Shown here: piece by piece, positions 59,502 to 64,000 of the stretch
Layout of the letters: every line of letters begins with the position of its first letter
Position numbering within the stretch: the first letter of the stretch is position 1
NCBI GenBank assembly: GCA_013388845.1
Contig: JACAEN010000016.1
Coordinates: 21,898-85,897 of the forward strand
Length of the DNA: 64,000 bases
From: Chloroflexota bacterium
GTDB lineage: Bacteria; Chloroflexota; Dehalococcoidia; GIF9; AB-539-J10
Direction of reading: 5' to 3'
Program-made: the position numbers and the translations under genes
Notes under the pieces: generated by a model
Seen by the model: the letters and a program-made list of their open reading frames with translations, nothing else
Database searches by the model: none
Told to the model about the DNA's origin: nothing

Positions 59502-60131
59502 TTAGCCGAGATCGTCAAGCTTCGTTTCTAATTTCTTTTGCCCTAGGGCTACTGTTAAATCCCCTCGAGTCCTTTCTATAATGCCTCGCACGGCGTCTGT
59601 GGTTCGCCTCAAGCCATGAGCGAGCAATTCCGGGAAGTCCATAGTTATCAATATTCCGTAGATTTCATCCATTATGGTCAGCAGCTCTTCGCAACGGGAA
59701 AAATCCCCTCGCCTCAGACTATCTAATATATACCTCCGCAATTCTCCTACAGACTCGCCCAAACCATCTAGATAGGCGGTATTGCTTACTCCCAGCGTTT
59801 CTGGCTTAGGCAAGTCCTCCCCAGCAATCAAAGCTAAGGTTATATAGCCTTCAGCTAACTCCTTTTGAGCATCGTGAATAAAACCTGAATGAAGTAGCCT
59901 GCCATGTTCAGCCAGATCGTGGTTTAGCTCTCGAAGTAATTCATGAGCTGAACCAAGGAGTTGCCTTGCCTTATCATGCTCCTGGCGATGCACAGCACGT
60001 ATGGCATCAGCGCTATGGCGGATTACCTGACGGCAACTACGCAAAGCTTTCTCCCGAGCTTCATCCTCAGCCACGAATTGGGGGCGAAGCTCCGCAGCAA
60101 TAGCCTCTAAATCTTCTACAGGTTTTGACAT
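59502..60131 (-). CDS. Translin/TRAX-like protein
   Basis: EAREKAL...AIRAVH, QKELAEG, YLDGLGESVGELRR, LRRTTD. Confidence 0.75.
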   Translation of the reverse strand: MSKPVEDLEAIAAELRPQFVAEDEAREKALRSCRQVIRHSADAIRAVHRQEHDKARQLLGSAHELLRELNHDLAEHGRLLHSGFIHDAQKELAEGYITLALIAGEDLPKPETLGVSNTAYLDGLGESVGELRRYILDSLRRGDFSRCEELLTIMDEIYGILITMDFPELLAHGLRRTTDAVRGIIERTRGDLTVALGQKKLETKLDDLG

Positions 60132-61210
60132 TCTCCCTTTGCCAAGTCCATTTTTGCAATCAATTTCTGCACAGCTTCCCTAACATCTTCCCCGCCCAGA
60201 ACAGCGCTAATTACAGCTACAGCATCAGCACCCGCAGACACCACTTCACCAATATTGCTCTGATTGATGCCACCAATAGCTACCACAGGGATTGATACAC
60301 TGCCTTTGAGCTCCTTAATCCTATCCACACCAACCACAGTAGCCTCCCTTTTTGTTGCCGTGGGAAATATAGAGCCCACAGCAACATAATCGGCTCCTTC
60401 TCTTTGAGCTTTCTTGCCTTGGGACAGCGTCGTGACCGAGCAGCCAACTATTTTATCTATGGGCAATTCCCTGCGGATTACCGGCAAGGGCAGATCCTCC
60501 TGTCCAACGTGAAGCCCATCAGCATCGACAGCCATAGCTAAGTCGAGGTAATCATTTATTATAAATAGAACGCCTGCTTGACTACAGAGAGCTTTGAGCT
60601 TTTGCGCTACAAGTAACAATTCCCCTTTTTTGTCCCGATAAAATCGGGACTTATCGCGAAGCTGAATTACCCCGGCACCTCCCTCAATAATTTGGCCAGC
60701 AATGACCAGCTCATCCCTGCCAGCTAAAAATTGCCTATCCAGAATAACGTAAAGCCCAGTCATCCTCTCCATTTTGTCCCGACGTGATATTCTGGAAACT
60801 AAATCTCGCTCCAAGGTATAAAGGGCAAACCTCATCTGCTGGAAGCTGGCTGAATTCAGTATTGAACTTATCTCTGGCAGTTTAGCTAGCTCTTCTATTA
60901 CACGAAGGGACTCTTCCACTCTTTTAGCATTGGCTGTAACCAGGCCCGAGAGGTCCCGCGCAGACTGCTCCGCTTCTGACTCGTAGCTAGCGCCTGTACG
61001 AGCGCCGACATCACGTTCGGAATCTCTGTGAGATAAGAGCCCTATGTTCAACGATTTAGTCTCCCGGGCTAAATCATGGCGTAGAGTTTTTAACCGCTGG
61101 CTCAGTTCAGCATCGTTGAGCAGAAAGCGAGCGACATCTTCCAGAACTCGCAGGCCTTCACTGGAGCGGTTCAGATTGGCATCAATCACACGCAACAGTT
61201 GATGAGACAC
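60116..61210 (-). CDS. thiE: Thiamine-phosphate synthase with N-terminal extension (ThiD2-like)
   Basis: RVIDANLNRSSEGLRVLED N-domain, IQLRDK, INDY, HVGQEDL, GSIFPT, AIGGI. Confidence 0.9.
   Translation of the reverse strand: MSHQLLRVIDANLNRSSEGLRVLEDVARFLLNDAELSQRLKTLRHDLARETKSLNIGLLSHRDSERDVGARTGASYESEAEQSARDLSGLVTANAKRVEESLRVIEELAKLPEISSILNSASFQQMRFALYTLERDLVSRISRRDKMERMTGLYVILDRQFLAGRDELVIAGQIIEGGAGVIQLRDKSRFYRDKKGELLLVAQKLKALCSQAGVLFIINDYLDLAMAVDADGLHVGQEDLPLPVIRRELPIDKIVGCSVTTLSQGKKAQREGADYVAVGSIFPTATKREATVVGVDRIKELKGSVSIPVVAIGGINQSNIGEVVSAGADAVAVISAVLGGEDVREAVQKLIAKMDLAKGECQNL
60632..60650. repeat. CCCGA-N-TCGGG hairpin in frame in thiE (SRFYRD)
   Basis: gtcccgat-aaa-atcgggac. Confidence 0.75.
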
Positions 61211-61274
61211 TTTAACTTAGGGCAGACAAAGCCAGAAATGGCACGGGATAAGTTGGTATTGCCGCAAGCCGCCT

Positions 61275-61685
61275 TCAGACCCTTTGAAACTCGTAACCAA
61301 TCCTATCGCCGGGCAATCTTACCGGAAGTACCTTTAGCTTCATTCCCGGCTTAATATCGCCCTCCTTAATACCCTTGCTTAACCGACCAAAGACCCTCAC
61401 CTTATCAAAATCAACTATAGCCAGAGTATATGGGGCATCGTTCTCAAACCCAGTTGGACCATAGTTTACTACTGTGTAGGTAACTAGTTTACCCTCCCCC
61501 TTAATCTCAAACCACTCCACATCACTGCTCAAACATTTTGAGCAATCCATCCTCGGGGGGAAGTAATTAGTCCCACACTTTCGACACCTGGTTGCCATTA
61601 CCTGACCCTTCTCTAAGTAACTCACAAAATCAGATGCCTTAGTTTCGGCGGTGAAGCTAACAATGCCAAAATTCTCAAAGCTCAC
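61275..61685 (-). CDS. Zn-ribbon/OB-fold protein (DUF35/ChsH2 family)
   Basis: CRKCG..YFPP..DC..C, GKLVTYTVV. Directly downstream of the thiolase. Confidence 0.9.
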   Translation of the reverse strand: MSFENFGIVSFTAETKASDFVSYLEKGQVMATRCRKCGTNYFPPRMDCSKCLSSDVEWFEIKGEGKLVTYTVVNYGPTGFENDAPYTLAIVDFDKVRVFGRLSKGIKEGDIKPGMKLKVLPVRLPGDRIGYEFQRV

Positions 61686-61688
61686 TGG

Positions 61689-62840
61689 CTACCTCCTTAG
61701 AATGGTCACATTACCATATTGTCCGACGCCGCCTATATTATGAACTAAGCCTATTTCCGCTCCCTTCACCTGGGTTTCACCAGCCTCCCCTCTGAGCTGC
61801 TTTACAATTGTTCTAATCTGCGACCCCCCCGTAGCGCCAATAGGATGACCTTTGGATAACAAGCCACCATCAACATTCACCGGTATCTTTCCACCCACAT
61901 ATGTCTCTTTGTCCTCAATCAATCCCACCCCCTCCCCAGGTTTGGCAAAGCCCAAGTCTTCGTAAGCCATAAGCTCAGCAATAGTGAAACAGTCGTGAAC
62001 CTCAGCAACATCGATATCCTTCGGTCCCACGCCGGCCATCTTATATGCTTGCTTGGCTGCCTCCTGGGCACACCTCAAACCGGTAAGCGATTCTCTACCA
62101 GACATTGTCATTGTATCTGTGGCTGCGCCCAGACCTATTATCCAAATCGGAATGTTAGTTATTCTCTTAGCTATGTCCCTGCTAGCTATTATGATGCAGG
62201 AGGCACCATCAGCGTTGGCGCAGCAATCAAACTTCTTCAGCGGGCTAGCTATTACCTCTGACCCTAAAATCTCTTCTAGACTCAACTCTTTACGATAAGT
62301 AGCCTTAGGATTTGCCGCACCATAGTGTGAATTTTTGACCCGCACCTTGGCCAGTTGCTCCTCGGTGGTTCCATATTTAGCCATATGGGCCCGGGCGTAC
62401 ATAGCATAACCAGCAGGCATGCTTATGCCAAAGGGAGATTCCCATATAATGTCCCCTCCTCGACTCATCCTCTCCGCAGCATCCCGAGAGGTCAAGTCTG
62501 ACATCTTCTGAAAGCCTATCACTGCTACTACTTTATGAAGACCCGCCTTTATTAACGACCAACCTACTCTTAGCCCTGTGCTACTGGAAGAGCACACAGT
62601 CTCAACATAGAAACTCGGCTTAGGGGTTAGCTTCAAGTACTCTGAGATTGACCCAGCTGGTGAGCGCTGCTTGTCATATTCTGGCGCAGAACAAATAATG
62701 GAGGCATCTATACCATTGTTGGTAATATCCAGCCCCTCCATTGCCTCAGTATAGGCTTCAAAGCACAATTCCCTGATAGATACACCACACTTGCGAGAAA
62801 AGACACTTTGACCTACTCCCACAATAGCCACGTCTTGCAT
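61689..62840 (-). CDS. Thiolase (SCP2/archaeal type)
   Basis: ETVCSSS, EVHDCFTIAE, NVDGGLLSKGHPIGATG. Confidence 0.92.
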   Translation of the reverse strand: MQDVAIVGVGQSVFSRKCGVSIRELCFEAYTEAMEGLDITNNGIDASIICSAPEYDKQRSPAGSISEYLKLTPKPSFYVETVCSSSSTGLRVGWSLIKAGLHKVVAVIGFQKMSDLTSRDAAERMSRGGDIIWESPFGISMPAGYAMYARAHMAKYGTTEEQLAKVRVKNSHYGAANPKATYRKELSLEEILGSEVIASPLKKFDCCANADGASCIIIASRDIAKRITNIPIWIIGLGAATDTMTMSGRESLTGLRCAQEAAKQAYKMAGVGPKDIDVAEVHDCFTIAELMAYEDLGFAKPGEGVGLIEDKETYVGGKIPVNVDGGLLSKGHPIGATGGSQIRTIVKQLRGEAGETQVKGAEIGLVHNIGGVGQYGNVTILRR

Positions 62841-63043
62841 AAAGCAACCTCCTATAATCGTAAGAGTTTAGTTTTTACAGAATTTTAGTATGCTATATCA
62901 CCCGCCCTTGCACTGTCAAGCTCTTCCCGAGATTCTTTTCACCTCAAAATTGGAGCAACGCAGCTACATTACTTTGCCCAGGCACTGAACTCCTAGATGA
63001 AAATTATGCGGAAGTGTTTGCCCCGAACGGTATTCTGTATAAG

Positions 63044-63739
63044 CTACTCCAGGTAGAGTATCCGGCTGCAACTATTGCATTGGATTAAATCGCCAGCTTT
63101 GGCTTTCTGCCATTGGCTAGTCGGCACGGTTATATGGCATCCTTGACATTTTCCCCTCTCTACCTTGACCACAGCTTGCCCCTTCGTTAGCCTGAGCCGT
63201 TCATAAGTGTCGAGGACTTCAGGGTAAATTTGCTGCGCTAATCCGTTACGGTCCTCCTTGAGCTTAGCCAGCACGGTTTCAACCTCTTTTTTCCTTTGCC
63301 CCAAAGATTCTTGCTTCTGCTCCCATTCTTGCTTCAATTGCTTGACATCTTCGGCGGTACATTTTACCCCGGCTTCTAGCTCTTCCACCTGACTCATTAA
63401 TCCTAAGAGGGCGTCTTCCTTCGGCCTGATCTGGCTCTTCAGGCTTTTGACTTCTTTCTCAAGGTTAACCAGTTCTTTAGGATCCTTGGTTTTGCCACCA
63501 TAAAGTTTACTATCAATCTGCCTGACTTTCTCTTGAAGGTCTTCCAGTTCCCATTCAGCGCCCTTTTGCTTTTTCCTCACATCTTCCAGTTGCTCTTTCT
63601 GTGAAGCAAGTTTAGATTCGGCAGCAACCAAGGCTTTATCGTCGCTTAACTGATTTTCAACATCATTTAGCTCTTGCTGCTTTCTTTGAAGCTCCAGGTC
63701 AAGCTGCTGCAACTTATAAAGGTGCCCTACCAAACTCAT
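63044..63739 (-). CDS. Coiled-coil C4 zinc-ribbon protein (COG1579-like)
   Basis: Long coiled coil, CQGCH...CNSCSRIL. Confidence 0.88.
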   Translation of the reverse strand: MSLVGHLYKLQQLDLELQRKQQELNDVENQLSDDKALVAAESKLASQKEQLEDVRKKQKGAEWELEDLQEKVRQIDSKLYGGKTKDPKELVNLEKEVKSLKSQIRPKEDALLGLMSQVEELEAGVKCTAEDVKQLKQEWEQKQESLGQRKKEVETVLAKLKEDRNGLAQQIYPEVLDTYERLRLTKGQAVVKVERGKCQGCHITVPTSQWQKAKAGDLIQCNSCSRILYLE

Positions 63740-63813
63740 ACCGAGGTTTATTGTAGAAGCGAAGTGTAGATATTGTCAAAAAATACAGGTAGCTTTGCGG
63801 GAAAACCAGGAGG

Positions 63814-64000
63814 CTAAAGTTTCACGACCCTGGGCTTCACACGGCATTTTTCGGCAGCAACAATGGCATCTATCTGGGACACAACTTCATCAAGCTTATT
63901 TTGGTGGCTTGTTATCACATAATCGAAAAGCGGCAGGCTTTCTATTTCCTCTTTAGCCCTTTTCAACCTTAGAGCCAAATCCGCTGAAGACTCGCTGCGC
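63814..64000 (-). CDS. gmk: Guanylate kinase C-terminus (partial, cut by window edge)
   Basis: Manual translation RSESSADLALRLKRAKEEIESLPLFDYVITS...AEKCRVKPR*. Confidence 0.8.
   Translation of the reverse strand, partial: RSESSADLALRLKRAKEEIESLPLFDYVITSHQNKLDEVVSQIDAIVAAEKCRVKPRVVKL

Overview
64 kb of a mostly core-genome bacterial chromosome (my rough GC estimate is in the high 40s%). Gene content suggests an anaerobic Chloroflexota, probably Dehalococcoidia (inference). It carries housekeeping genes (miaB, yajC, nadBC, dtd, aspS, tig, clpP, efp, rph, thiC/thiE, speDB, lepB, pyrE, rnhA, acpP/fabF, thyX, pgk, tpiA, miaA, dapF/dapL, hflX, partial gmk), eight intact tRNAs and RNase P RNA. It also has a Fur-family metal-uptake locus with CooT, acyl-CoA catabolism genes and an AT-richer radical SAM gene beside a tyrosine recombinase. 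The most unusual system is a set of small GIY-YIG nuclease cassettes. Each begins just 3' of an intact tRNA (Asn once, Ala twice in tandem with a 319-bp unit) and has its stop codon in the D-loop of a degenerate downstream copy of the same tRNA, whose anticodon arm (and for Asn also the T-loop) is replaced by a new hairpin. The Ala-copy hairpin CCCGA-N-TCGGG recurs across the window: as in-frame 18-nt insertions in dapF and thiE, as RNase P and tRNA-Ser variable stems, and as the core of REP-like GTCATT-tagged repeats, which are themselves inserted in frame in nadB and tpiA. A second highlight is a promoter, Trp-Trp-Trp leader peptide and terminator upstream of a non-trp operon (M24 peptidase-efp).
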